Shown piece by piece: positions 1 through 10,295 of a stretch of 64,000 nt of DNA. A model generated the notes under the pieces. It had not been told where the DNA came from and did no database searches. It saw only the letters and a list, made by a program, of their open reading frames with translations. The position numbers were made by a program, and so were the translations under genes. Positions within the stretch are counted from its first letter, which is position 1, and each line of letters begins with the position of its first letter. Source of the stretch: a virus; IMG/VR virus record IMGVR_UViG_3300045988_124082. One strand, given 5' to 3'.

Positions 1-807
1 CTTGGCAATTGCATTTCCTTCAGCATCGTATCCTGAAATAAGAGAAGGAGTAGTATCTAAAATTTCCTTACGGATATTTAAGAATCTTTCATAAGAAGAA
101 GTATCTAAGCTGATGTTATTACCATATTCATCCACACCTTTAGATAAGGATTCAAACTCAGTTTTGTTTCCTTTAAGAGTAGAGATATTAGTTTTTGTAT
201 CAGATAATTTGTCCTGATAGTTTGTACGTGTTTTGTCAGCAGCTTCTATTTTATCTTTATCATAGGTAGCAGCTTTTTGAATCTTAGTACCAACCCAAGA
301 AAGTGCCATAGCACCTAATTGCATAAGAGCACTAGCAGCTAAACCAATACCAACATTAGCAGCAAAAGCACCGGCCTTAGCAGCAATACCTGAAGCTTTG
401 ATCTTTTCAAAAGCACCTGCAACTCCACCTGCAGCAGATTGAGCAATGCTACCAGATTTTTCTACAGCTTCATTAAACTTCTCAAGGCCTTTTCCATAAG
501 TATTTTTCTTATCGGTAAGATCATAGTTGTTTTGTTTGGCTTGACCGTAAAGAGTACTAGCTGTATCACGACCTTTTTCAGTCTTCATTTCATTCTGAAG
601 TCGCTTAAACATATCCTCTTTTTCTTTAGCAGACTTGCTACCAAAAATTTCAGGAACCATACTGTTACTAAAGAAGTCCTGCAATCTACTTTGATCGGAC
701 TTCATATTCTCATAATTAGCCTTACGTCTTGTAGGACTAAGTATGTTCAGAAGAGCACTACCAATTGGAAATTCATTTTTACCAGTTTCTTTATTGTACT
801 GTACAAG
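1..807 (-). CDS. tail tape measure protein, 3' exon (partial, runs past window start)
   Basis: Own minus-strand translation is open from ~807 to 1: ..LVQYNKETGKNEFPIGSALLNILSP..GAFAANVGIGLAASALMQLGAMALSW.. It is absent from the ORF track because it has no in-window start or stop. Gly/Ala-rich hydrophobic segment typical of tape measure proteins. Confidence 0.6.
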
Positions 808-1169
808 CAAACTGTTTACTCAAGGGCAGGAAAATACCCTATTTTCACACTGGTAAAATATATATTTGACAATCACTAATGCAATATTCTATACTAATTA
901 TGTAACAAGAAATATGTATTATATCTCAAAGTAATAATACACATGGGGCTCACAATTCAGTGAGCCTTTTGTGTATCTGGATTTAACAGGAGAAGAGAGG
1001 TTCATAAAGATACCTCTTTTTTACAATTAACCTTGCAATATTTGGAAACATAAGTTATAATTAGAAACATCATGGAATAATTGGTTGCCCAATTAATTAT
1101 TTTCATACAAAGGCATTCCTAGGAGGTAGGGATGCCTTTTCTCCATTTATGGAGTAACGATTCGTTACC

Positions 1170-1580
1170 TTATGCATTTTCGTTGCTTTGAGTAGCAATT
1201 TTATTCATTAGATTAGTAATCTGCCCAATTGCTTTAGAGTAGTCATCAACGTATTGGTATGTAAGACAAAGGGCAGACTTCCCTGTGAATTTACTCATCA
1301 AAAGAGTGAACCCTTTTTGATTCATTTTATACATTGGTCTATACTGTCCATTTTTATCTTGATACGAATCTAAGATATAATATGTCCCGCCCAATTGAGG
1401 CAAGTCTTTAATAAAATTGTGAATTTTCTTTAACACATTGCTATGTTTTTTTTCATAGAAGTGTGCAACGTCAATAGAAGTTATATATAAACTTTCTCTT
1501 TTTGAATTAACTCCACAATCTTTTGTAATATCATATCCACTAACAACTTTAGTATCTAATCTATAATTTTTTCTTCCCAT
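1170..1580 (-). CDS. Rha-family phage regulatory protein (inside the intervening sequence)
   Basis: ORF track 1170..1637, start moved to the ATG behind AAGGAG. DVAHFYEKKHSNVLKKIHNFI and YKMNQKGFTLLMSKFTGKSA resemble the Phage_pRha pattern. Confidence 0.55.
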   Translation of the reverse strand: MGRKNYRLDTKVVSGYDITKDCGVNSKRESLYITSIDVAHFYEKKHSNVLKKIHNFIKDLPQLGGTYYILDSYQDKNGQYRPMYKMNQKGFTLLMSKFTGKSALCLTYQYVDDYSKAIGQITNLMNKIATQSNENA

Positions 1581-1669
1581 ATCTCCATAAACTCCTTTTA
1601 ATATAAATTTAATTTTAAAAAGGAGGCGATATTTCACCGCCCCCTTATCAACAACAATCTCACCAAACT

Positions 1670-2428
1670 TTAATCTTCAAGATCCCCAACAACTCTGTAA
1701 ACAAGTTTCTGACCTTTACCAGTTACATAAGTCTGTGGAACAATCACATTGCAAATCACATGTTCGCCAACTTCAAAACATCCGTTCTCAACATATCTCT
1801 GATATGGCATGTTGTCCCGCATCAGGATTCCATTGCTTCTCAAAATTTCGAAAAGGCGATTCCTTCCAATGTCATATCCATCATTCTGCAACAATTTGGC
1901 CATTGTATTCATGTCGATCGTATCAGAAGAAGCAGTAACACATCTTGCAAAATCTATATCTTCTTTGGAAGCTTCAAGTTCCCCTCTAAGCTCTGCGATT
2001 GTAGCTTGCTGAATTTCCAGTGCCTTAAGTACAAACTCTGCTTCAGACAGATTTTTATATGGAATATATCCACCAGTGCGTCTAATCTGTGGAAGAACTT
2101 CAGATGTTACCCATCTACGGAATCTTTTAGCTGAATCTAATTTACTATTGAAAATTAGATCATAAACACCAGATTCATTGATGACAGTCACATTTCGCAT
2201 TTGACCTGCGTACTCGATTTGGGTACGCAGCTTATCCTCAACATCTACGTGCTTTGAGACAGCGTTTCGATAGTTAGAATATCCAAGTGCGATTGCAATA
2301 TCATTTCCAACGAAGTATGGTGTTCCTTCTATCTCAATACATCTGATTGATCCAAATTCATCGTTTACGAAGTTCATAATCTGATTGTTGTTTTCTACTC
2401 CATTTTCTGCTTTTGTTAAAATTGCCAT
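1670..2428 (-). CDS. Bro-N / KilAC (ANT) antirepressor-like protein (inside the intervening sequence)
   Basis: N-terminal FGSIRCIEIEGTPYFVGNDIAIALGYSNYRNAVSKHV is Bro-N-like. C-terminal TIDMNTMAKLLQNDGYDIGRNRLFEILRSNGIL is KilAC/ANT-like. Confidence 0.65.
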   Translation of the reverse strand: MAILTKAENGVENNNQIMNFVNDEFGSIRCIEIEGTPYFVGNDIAIALGYSNYRNAVSKHVDVEDKLRTQIEYAGQMRNVTVINESGVYDLIFNSKLDSAKRFRRWVTSEVLPQIRRTGGYIPYKNLSEAEFVLKALEIQQATIAELRGELEASKEDIDFARCVTASSDTIDMNTMAKLLQNDGYDIGRNRLFEILRSNGILMRDNMPYQRYVENGCFEVGEHVICNVIVPQTYVTGKGQKLVYRVVGDLED

Positions 2429-2496
2429 ATTAAATTCTCCTTTTCTTCAGGAAGGTGCACCAAATGGCATAGAACAGATGGTGCTGATGATTTGCT

Positions 2497-2588
2497 TATC
2501 CTTCTATGCATATATGGCTAATTTACTACCCCTTTAAAACACCAGATTCTACCTAGTGTTTTAAGACTCAATTAATGTGGTAAGTCTG
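2497..2588 (-). promoter_or_regulatory. conserved ~95-nt hairpin element, copy A
   Basis: Aligns with 29364-29466 and 29559-29655. Minus strand reads TTACCACATTAA, then a long hairpin, then GGGGT(A/G)GTAAA(T/A)TAG..TATATG..GAAGGAT. Lies about 70 nt upstream of the Bro-N ORF. Confidence 0.4.
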
Positions 2589-3061
2589 CTAGAGCAATAT
2601 AAAAAGAGTATTAAATTATGTTAATAAGTATTTATAATATATCGTATAAAATTCATTTCCCTATGTGCAAGCATGTTTCCATGCTGATAATTTTCTAGCG
2701 GCACATTCGCATACAGTTCTGATCATCCCTTTCTGATGTCACTCGTAAGGTGAGTTAACCAGATTCCCATTATGATCGATGGACGTTCCTCTAATATAGA
2801 GGCTTCGCTGCGGATTCTGTATAAATATTGATCTTATTACTATATCTTAGGAATTACCCCTTGCCCTTAATACATCACTGTACTAAGTTAGTAATCAATA
2901 TCGTTTAACAGTTCCCGTACATAAATTATCAAAAAGTATTTCAGTTTCGGTTGTTTTCTAAGCAATCTCTTATTCGTATCACCATTTCAATACAAATTCG
3001 TTCTGTGTTACCACTAGATTGCTCTGGGCATTGTACATGAGGACAACTGATAATTTGCCCT

Positions 3062-3685
3062 ACCCAGCTTTCCTTTTGCTCCTGCGACTCCTAAAGCACC
3101 TATAAAGGCTGTTCTAAGAAGTCCTGCTTTAGTTACTAAATTTGTTATTTGAGTTCCAGCATCTACAAGTCCTTTGATAAAATCAGAAGAAATAGAAGTG
3201 TTCCACATTTCTTGGAAACTTGCTGTCAGCTGATCAACTTTACCTTGGATGGAATCAAGTTGAGTTTCGTTTTCACGAAGTGCTGATCCTTCTGAGTTTT
3301 GTGTTTCGTTGTAGACTTTTTCTAACTGCTCAGGATGCATAAGAATTGAACTTACTATGTTAGATCTCTGCTTTCCTGCAATTTTTTCGAGAATAGAAGC
3401 TTGTTTTAAATCACCACCATCAGAACTACCAATCTCATTCCAAATCTTACCTAATCCCAACATAAGCTCATATGGATTCTTGTAAGAACCATCGTCCTTT
3501 AACATATCGAATCCCTTATAGTCATTAGATGCTACTTTTGTCTGGTTTTTAATAAGATCTCGTAACTGTGATTTATTTTGGATATAACCCGTAACGTCCT
3601 CACCAGCTTCTTGGAGGACATTCATGTCGGTACCCCTAATCCTCATTGATACTGTTTTTAGACCGGCCAAACGCTGTGTTACTTT
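3062..3685 (-). CDS. tail tape measure protein, middle exon
   Basis: ORF 3014..3691 trimmed. It begins KVTQRLAGLKTVSMRIRGT (TP901-type TMP core). The last 16 codons of the ORF (RANYQLSSCTMPRAI) look intronic. Confidence 0.6.
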
Positions 3686-4516
3686 CCCCAACAGTAAGAG
3701 GTACGTACCATGTAGAACATGGCGTCTAAGAATTTCTTCTTAGCTCTGCAATTTTATTTTTAGGCTATAGTTGCAGATCGGACTGGATCTTCACCCTCTT
3801 TCTACAAAGTAGAGTAGGGGAGGAGCTGAACCTCTTATGTCACCATAAGAGGTATTACAGTCTCTACGGCTCCCTTATATTTAAGTATTAAAAAAACAGA
3901 GTCTCCTCTGCTATATTATTAAATATTCGGTTGCCTCGGTCTTGTCACGCCTTTATGATTTTAACCGATACGGCTCCTTGCTAAACTGCATATTACTACG
4001 CAGCTTGGGCGCTTGGTCTATTTCCACCCACTGATTCTGGATTCTGAACTACAGAATTCAATTTATTAGTATAGTTCACTACACTATACAATATATAAAT
4101 AGATATAATTATACTAAATCATTTATACATTCTCCACATCTCTGTGAAGTTTAGATCATGTTTTAATCCCTCGACTATACGTTAGGGATCACACCTTTTC
4201 GTTTACTGGTATTTAACCGACACCAATCGTTTGTGTCCTACTCCTATTGACTCAGATATTCAGGATTTCCACCTTTATTCACTGGCCTGAGTCCCGACAT
4301 GGGGATGATCGTTGAAGGTTTACCCTCGACTAACACCATATGATCTATGGAATACGTTAGGGTACTTCCCTGCAAATTAGCCATTGTAACATCTCTAACT
4401 TGTTAATCCTTCATACAGTGATTTCTCCTGTATTGTGGCTTAGAGTTTTAGGCAACCAATGCAATTAAATGTGTTCTTTGGTTGTGCATTTCTGCACATC
4501 CTAGGCAACTGTATTT
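3686..4516 (-). mobile_element. ORF-less group I intron in tape measure gene
   Basis: Splicing GGT|..G|AAAGTA restores ..ALTTVG-KVTQRLAGLKTVSMRIRG. The upstream exon ends in U and the intron ends in G. R-like GTAGAGACTGTAA (rc 3855-3867) pairs with S-like AAGATCCAGTCC (rc 3780-3791). No ORF in the track. Confidence 0.6.
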
Positions 4517-7500
4517 ACCTACCGTAGTAAGAGCGACTGACTGTTCATAATTAGCACCTGCCGCTTTTAAAGCACTAGCAGATCTTTGTAATGAACTAGC
4601 AATTTCATCTGATGAAATAGGTTCCAAGTTACCAATGTTATTCAAAACATCAACAACATTCTCTACATCATCAGCACCCTTATCGAATCCCTGCATGATA
4701 GAAATCAATGCATTAGTAGCATCATCTACCTGCTCAAATTCTGATACATTCATGAGAATACCTGTCCACTTAGACATCTTCTCAGAATCTTGTGTGTTAT
4801 AGCCTAATCTAGCCCAGTCAGCAGTAGATTTGGTTAATTCCACAGCATCTCTACCGATATCTTTACCAGTAGCATACATATCTTTTTCGACAGTAGCATA
4901 AACATCACTCGTATCACTTGTGACTTTCTTTAACTCTGTCATTGCAGCATCCATTTCTTTGATGCTTTCAATTCCTTGTTGGAATCCTTGCCATACGACA
5001 TCAATTCCACCCATTGAGATCAAGTACTTACTTAACTTAGTAACTTCTTGACCCATATCTCCAACGATTTGTCCAAACAAACTCTTATATTCAGAACGAC
5101 TCTTAAGCTGTGATCTAGCAATACCAGTATCCTGATTAAAATTAATAGCATACTTTTCAAGCTTTCCATCATCTCTTGATCTCGCCTTGATATAAGCAGC
5201 CATTCCATTTCTACCCATACTGGTTTCAAGAATATTACTATTCACACCAGAAGCTCTGAACAATTCTTCAGCTTTAGCTTCATTGAAATCATTTAAGGAT
5301 AATCCTTCTCCGATAACAGTTCCCTGATTGTTCTGGAGCTTAAATTGGTTTCTAAGTCTACCATGTTCAGTAAGCTCAGCGTTCAGTCTATTAAGCTCTC
5401 TAATATCTTCCTCAATTTCTTTATTATCAAAGAAAACATCTCCACTATGTTTTTCTTTTAAATCTCTAATTCGGTTAACTGTAGCTTCAACCTTAGTCGC
5501 AAATTCTGTTGTATATTGTTCAAGATCTTGACTAACAATGGTCTTTGATAAAGCTCTGTCAGCAGCATTTTTAACACGATCAGATTTAGGATTAGTATTC
5601 CCTAATGCTGTACCATCGTTTGCTCCACCAACATTTCCACCGGCTAAAACCTTGTTCATGTTCTTCAAGCCAGTAGCAATCTCACCAGTAAGATTAAATT
5701 TCTTATTTAAATTATCAACCAGTCTTGTAACTTCACGAATTGAACTACCAATACCAGCAAAAGCACCTGCGATCTTAGCAGAATAAGCAGTAGACTTGTC
5801 AGCCAGATTAGCAATCTTATTTGTCATGGTCTCAATATCAGAAGCTTTCTTGTCTGTAAAAGACTGTCCTGTATTGAACTTAACTTTTAAATCAAGATTC
5901 TTTTTTAGGTCATTGATAATCTTCTCAACAGTAACCAAATCATCTAATACAGCATCAGTATTAATACCAACTTTAATGGGTTCAGAAGCTTTCTCTCTTA
6001 AAGAAGTAAGCTTGCTTTCGGCTTGTGTTAACTCTTCATCATTAACATTGATGTCAATTTTTGTGTCTCCGCTGTTAGAATCCTCTTTAAATTTTTGAGT
6101 TGAAGTAATAGCTTTCTCGAGATCTTCAACATTGCCTTTAAAATTAACCGCAACGTCAATAGCATCCTTAGAGCGAAGTTCATTTACTTGTTGAAGAATG
6201 TTATCAATATTCTCTGTATTAGCTTTAAAATTAATAGTAATATCTATATTTTCTTTTGATCTTAGTTCATTAATTTCTTGTAAAATTGTATTGAACTCGG
6301 AATCGTTTGCTTTAAGATTAACAATGATATCTTTGCCTTCGTAAGAAGCAATCTTTTCATCAACCTTAGCTAACGCAGATTCTAACTGAGAAGTGTCAGC
6401 AGTAACTTTTACAGAAGATTCTTTGAGATGTTCACCTTCTGTAACACTGTTTGTCTTAGTTTCAGTAACATTTCTGCTTGGAAGTTCACGAATTGCATCT
6501 TTGTTTTTGCTTAACCATTCACGGCTTTCTTGAGACCAAGGAGTTTCAATAGTAGCTCCTTTTTCAGCTTTAATAGATGTGTATGTATCAACAGTTTTAA
6601 CAGCTTCTTGAAGACCTTTAGCTTCCTCGGCATAGATATTTTCTTCATTCTTAATCTTTTCATTGAATTTCTGGATATATTCTCTAGCGCTTTGGAAAGT
6701 ACTGATCAGGTCTTTGTTACTCATGTCTTTCATGTCAGCAGGCATTTCAAAATCTTTATCAACTTCCCTTTGACGGAGTTCTAATTTTTTAACTGCTTCA
6801 GATAAGAATTGTGTAATATTTTTATCAACAGCATGAGTAGTAGAACCTTCTTCTGGCTGATAATTGCTTAGTATTTTACTGTAATACTCGGCTTTTTGTA
6901 GTTCCTCATCGGTAAGAGTTTCACCTTTGGATTGTTTTTCCATCAGGTTCTTACTACCGGCTTTTGCACCGTTGTATTGTTGAGGACTAATTGCTTGTCC
7001 TTCTTGAAATTTATATGGTTTACTAGAGTCGAACCCAGAAATCAAAATACCTTCTTGGGCTAAAATATCACTCCATTGTTTATTGAATTGGTTTTTAAGT
7101 TTATTAGTTACTCCTGTAGTCTTTTTGATATTTCTATCAGTGCTAGTCATAGCCTGAGTAAGAGCCTTATTAACCTGTTTAACAACATCCTCTTCGATCG
7201 GAGATAAAATATTTTTTAAGTCGATTCCCTGGGCTTGGAACAGGCTTTTATAACCTTCTGTACCTGCAAAATCAGTTTGTCCTGTTAGCAATTCTTTTAT
7301 AAACTTTTGTCTAGAAGTAATAGTATTTCTTAACTCACCAGCTCGTTTGAGCATTTCATCGTTCTTACTCCAATCAGAATTTGACATTAAACCATGCAGT
7401 TCTTCAAAAGCTTTTCCAATGTCTTCTTGAGCTAGCATTCCGGCCATTGCATATTCTTTAAAATCATTTAAAGAGATACCATTTTTAGAATTACCATGTA

Positions 7501-7951
7501 ATTTGTTATATTGTGTTTTAGATTCGTTGTAAAAATCTTTATATTTATCTTGCTTATAAGTCTTTTTTTGTACTTCGTTTACCTTAGAAGCAGCTCTTGT
7601 GGCAAGATCACTGTCCTCGTAGCTACGTTTAGAAACCTTGCTTAAATTGTCGTTCTTAATTTTTTCAAGATCATTGTAAGTAGTTTTAAGATTCTTTAAC
7701 TTCTTTTCTGCATCGGCCAGATCTTTAGATTCATATACAAATTGAAAATTTGTTAATCCAGTTTTATCAATATAACTTCTGATGCTTTTAGCAACTTTAT
7801 CCATAGAGGATTTATTGATATTAGCACCAATAGGTACTTGAACTTGTTTAAAACCATTTACTACTTCGCTTTTAGCTTTTTCTAAAGAGGCCTGATCAAC
7901 GTCAACCCCCATAGAGGCAGTAAAAGAAATTACTTGTGTACTTTCTGCCAT
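4517..7951 (-). CDS. tail tape measure protein, 5' exon
   Basis: 1167-aa ORF, long coiled-coil Lys/Glu-rich body, then ..SLQRSASALKAAGANYEQSVALTTVG core. The final 22 codons of the track ORF (KYSCLGCAEMHNQ..) are read-through into the intron. Confidence 0.8.
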
Positions 7952-7954
7952 TTA

Positions 7955-8452
7955 TTATTTCACCCCCTGTGATTTAAAGTCAGCTATCATTGCAGCTTTT
8001 AATTCGTTCATATATTGCCCTTGTACGATCGCCATAGCTTCTTGGGCACAACTAGCTTCCAACTCAGCTCTTCGGCTGTTAACATCGTTCTCTATAGTTT
8101 GCATAGGACTAGGAGAAGAAGTAGGAGTTCCAACATTGTATCCACCATGTTCTCCACCAATAAAGTCCCATTCAAATACTGTTTCAGGACTCTGATTATA
8201 GTGCCCACCTATAGAAGCAGAAGAGATAGTAATTCCACCTTTCGCTGTTCCAGGCCCACTGATAGTTTTAACCAGAGGTTGACTAGCTTCATATAGTCCA
8301 TAGCTTCGTCCATATTGTTTAGGGTCGTAATCACCATAAAAGCTGGCTGCAGCTAATTCACCAATTTCTTTCAATTTTTCTGATGCCAATTGAGCAGCCA
8401 AATTAGCTGCAGCAACATTCATTTTCGTCAACACTTCCTGTGCTTTGCTCAT
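7955..8452 (-). CDS. hypothetical tail-module protein directly upstream of tape measure gene
   Basis: 165-aa ORF ending 3 nt before the TMP start. Function is suggested by position only. Confidence 0.5.
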   Translation of the reverse strand: MSKAQEVLTKMNVAAANLAAQLASEKLKEIGELAAASFYGDYDPKQYGRSYGLYEASQPLVKTISGPGTAKGGITISSASIGGHYNQSPETVFEWDFIGGEHGGYNVGTPTSSPSPMQTIENDVNSRRAELEASCAQEAMAIVQGQYMNELKAAMIADFKSQGVK

Positions 8453-8469
8453 GTAATTCTCCTTCCATT

Positions 8470-8497
8470 AAAAAGAGCCTCACATGAGACTCTTTTT
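8470..8497 (-). terminator. hairpin flanked by A and T runs (bidirectional-type)
   Basis: aaaAGAGCCTCAcaTGAGACTCTtttt between two tail-module ORFs. Confidence 0.45.
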
Positions 8498-8500
8498 AAA

Positions 8501-9037
8501 TTATTCTACTTTTAATTTTTCAATCATTGTTTTCATAACTTCAGTACTATCAATTCCTTTGGCACCTTCTACAATAGCTTCCTGAACGCTTAGATTAATA
8601 AATCTTAATTCCCTTGAAACAATGGCTTCTAAAGAATTATGATTCCTCATATGGTCTTCCCAAGCTAATTTATATAGCTTTTTAAATTCTTCAAAATCCT
8701 TTCCAATTTCCTCTAAGATTCTGTCAATCAATCCAGCTTCAGCAAGAGAATCTAATACCTCGTAAGTACTTTCTCCTTCAAACTCAATATTTGTATAAAG
8801 CTGTAGAGCAGTAGTGATCAATACATGATAAGCACTGATTGAATTTACAGTAACAGTATAGCTTTCGCTTTCTTTTCCTAATGCCTTAATGATTTCTTCA
8901 ATTGCAGTAATTTTTATTGCAATTGGAACATAATGACCAATTTTTAAGCTTGGGATAGCATGTTCTAATGTAGCTCCCTCTACAGAGCTATTGAATTCCT
9001 CAATAATAGTGTCTAAATTTACTGTATTTTCTCCCAT
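8501..9037 (-). CDS. acidic protein, tail assembly chaperone candidate
   Basis: 178-aa, strongly acidic, located shortly upstream of the TMP gene. Positional inference only. Confidence 0.4.
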   Translation of the reverse strand: MGENTVNLDTIIEEFNSSVEGATLEHAIPSLKIGHYVPIAIKITAIEEIIKALGKESESYTVTVNSISAYHVLITTALQLYTNIEFEGESTYEVLDSLAEAGLIDRILEEIGKDFEEFKKLYKLAWEDHMRNHNSLEAIVSRELRFINLSVQEAIVEGAKGIDSTEVMKTMIEKLKVE

Positions 9038-9039
9038 AG

Positions 9040-9504
9040 TTATTTCTCCTTTTCTTTTTTCTGTTTCTCTTTGCGTCTCTTTCTTCTTTGAGACTGAATA
9101 TATTCATAAGTTTTCCATCCACCATCAATCTTTGAGTATGCTACCCAATAAAAGTTGATATGAGGATATTTATATAGAAGTAATTTTCTTTTCATAGGTG
9201 CCACATGATCTGGCATACCTTTTACATCAATGACATCTTCATGTCCGTCTTTATATGTAAGTACAAAATCTGCCACATATTTAATAGGAAGATATTTTTT
9301 ATCTTGATGTTCAAATCCTTCCTGTAATAAATATTCTTTCTGTCGTTCACAATAGGTGATTTCCCCTGAAAGGATGCCCGGAAGAACAGCATCTCTGTAA
9401 AATCTCATCTCAAGAGCAGAGTCGAATACGATCCCATCACACATACGATTATCAGTTCGCTTACTAACATTGTACTTACTGTCTCTTTGTTTCTTTTCGC
9501 TCAT
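9040..9504 (-). CDS. DUF1064-like PD-(D/E)xK nuclease-fold protein
   Basis: ..LPIKYVADFVLTYKDGHEDVIDVKG.. carries a D..(D/E)xK-type motif, followed by a basic KRRKEKQKKEKEK tail. Confidence 0.5.
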   Translation of the reverse strand: MSEKKQRDSKYNVSKRTDNRMCDGIVFDSALEMRFYRDAVLPGILSGEITYCERQKEYLLQEGFEHQDKKYLPIKYVADFVLTYKDGHEDVIDVKGMPDHVAPMKRKLLLYKYPHINFYWVAYSKIDGGWKTYEYIQSQRRKRRKEKQKKEKEK

Positions 9505-9564
9505 AGTCCTCCTTATAAAATCCGTATACTAAAAAACAGCAGAAGTACCTGCTGCTATAATGTT

Positions 9565-9783
9565 CTAAATTAATTCATGCTTACACCAAGCATCATACAG
9601 GTGCTTAGTGTCTTCTCTGTTCCAAACAAATAAAATTTTGTTCTGATCGAATCTATTGTCTGGAATGATATCCAAAAGTTCAGCTCCATAGCTTAAGTAT
9701 TTAAAATTCTGAAGCATATTTGGAATAAATACACATTCATCCGGTTCATAAGTCTTCCCGGTAATTCCACTTGTAGTTTTCAT
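9565..9783 (-). CDS. hypothetical protein
   Basis: 72-aa ORF with an upstream AGGAGG and a downstream terminator hairpin CAGCAGgtacttCTGCTGtttttt. Confidence 0.5.
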   Translation of the reverse strand: MKTTSGITGKTYEPDECVFIPNMLQNFKYLSYGAELLDIIPDNRFDQNKILFVWNREDTKHLYDAWCKHELI

Positions 9784-9803
9784 AGTTCCTCCTGCTTATA
9801 ATT

Positions 9804-9846
9804 AAAAAAAGAGAGACACATAAAACCTAATGGCTATGTGTCTCTC
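9804..9846 (-). terminator. rho-independent terminator
   Basis: Minus strand: GAGAGACACATAgccattaggttTTATGTGTCTCTC followed by TTTTTTT. Confidence 0.6.
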
Positions 9847-9881
9847 AGTGATCATTTCTTTTCACTAAGAGATCCGCAAAC

Positions 9882-10220
9882 CTATCTCCATTTCTTCTTA
9901 CCACGAGAGTAAGAAGAAGGAGAAGAGGAAGGGGATTGAGCCGTTTTGTTGGTCTCAGCGAAAACTTTCTCAATAACGCCTAAAACGTCAGGGAGAAAGT
10001 CAGATTTGTTAGTTAAATCACACTTGTCCAGTTTTTGTCTTGTTTGTTCAGCATTGCATTCGCCTGTAGAATATCTCTGACAAGCATCAAATACTTTTCT
10101 ACAATTGTCTGAATCAAAGATAAAATACCAAGATGGTTTATCTCTATCGACATCACAATGAGGACAGTAGTGATATGCCTTCCCACAACAAAAACAGGTT
10201 CTCTGTTTCGTTTCTCCCAT
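9882..10220 (-). CDS. Cys-rich (zinc-ribbon-like) hypothetical protein
   Basis: CFCCGKAYHYCPHCD motif and a Ser/Pro-rich C-terminus. Confidence 0.5.
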   Translation of the reverse strand: MGETKQRTCFCCGKAYHYCPHCDVDRDKPSWYFIFDSDNCRKVFDACQRYSTGECNAEQTRQKLDKCDLTNKSDFLPDVLGVIEKVFAETNKTAQSPSSSPSSYSRGKKKWR

Positions 10221-10295
10221 GATATTCCTCCATTTCTAAATCGTTTCCAATCAAATAGCTGCCTTATCATCTGACAAGACAGCTTTTAAATTTGA

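Larger units (their letters stand above)
808..3061 (-). mobile_element. group I-type intervening sequence in tape measure gene, carrying two ORF cassettes
   Basis: The TMP frame degenerates after ..GAKGKLG (GGT 3062-3064) and resumes at ~807. Minus strand shows P-like TACGGGAAC (rc 2911-2919), an exact Q box AATCCGCAGC (rc 2807-2816) and R-like GATCAGAACTGTATGCG (rc 2708-2724). Boundaries are approximate. Confidence 0.5.

Noticed and set aside
439-879. Plus-strand ORF (146 aa) at the window start, and many similar ORFs antisense to long genes (for example 5328-6098, 8015-8296, 12103-12450, 16255-16458, 18090-18974, 24090-24386, 26648-27087).
   Set aside because: These are shadow ORFs opposite strongly supported minus-strand genes or introns. 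They have Ser/Leu/Phe-rich low-complexity translations and no RBS.
3014-3061. The C-terminal tails of several track ORFs (for example RANYQLSSCTMPRAI at 3014-3061, KYSCLGCAEMHNQRTHLIALVA at 4448-4516, ILDIVYILLLCLLPQSEMIGFPKRM at 23197-23274, LRHRANAA at 21654-21686) taken as real protein sequence.
   Set aside because: Each begins exactly where family-conserved sequence stops and group I core boxes start. They are read-through into introns.
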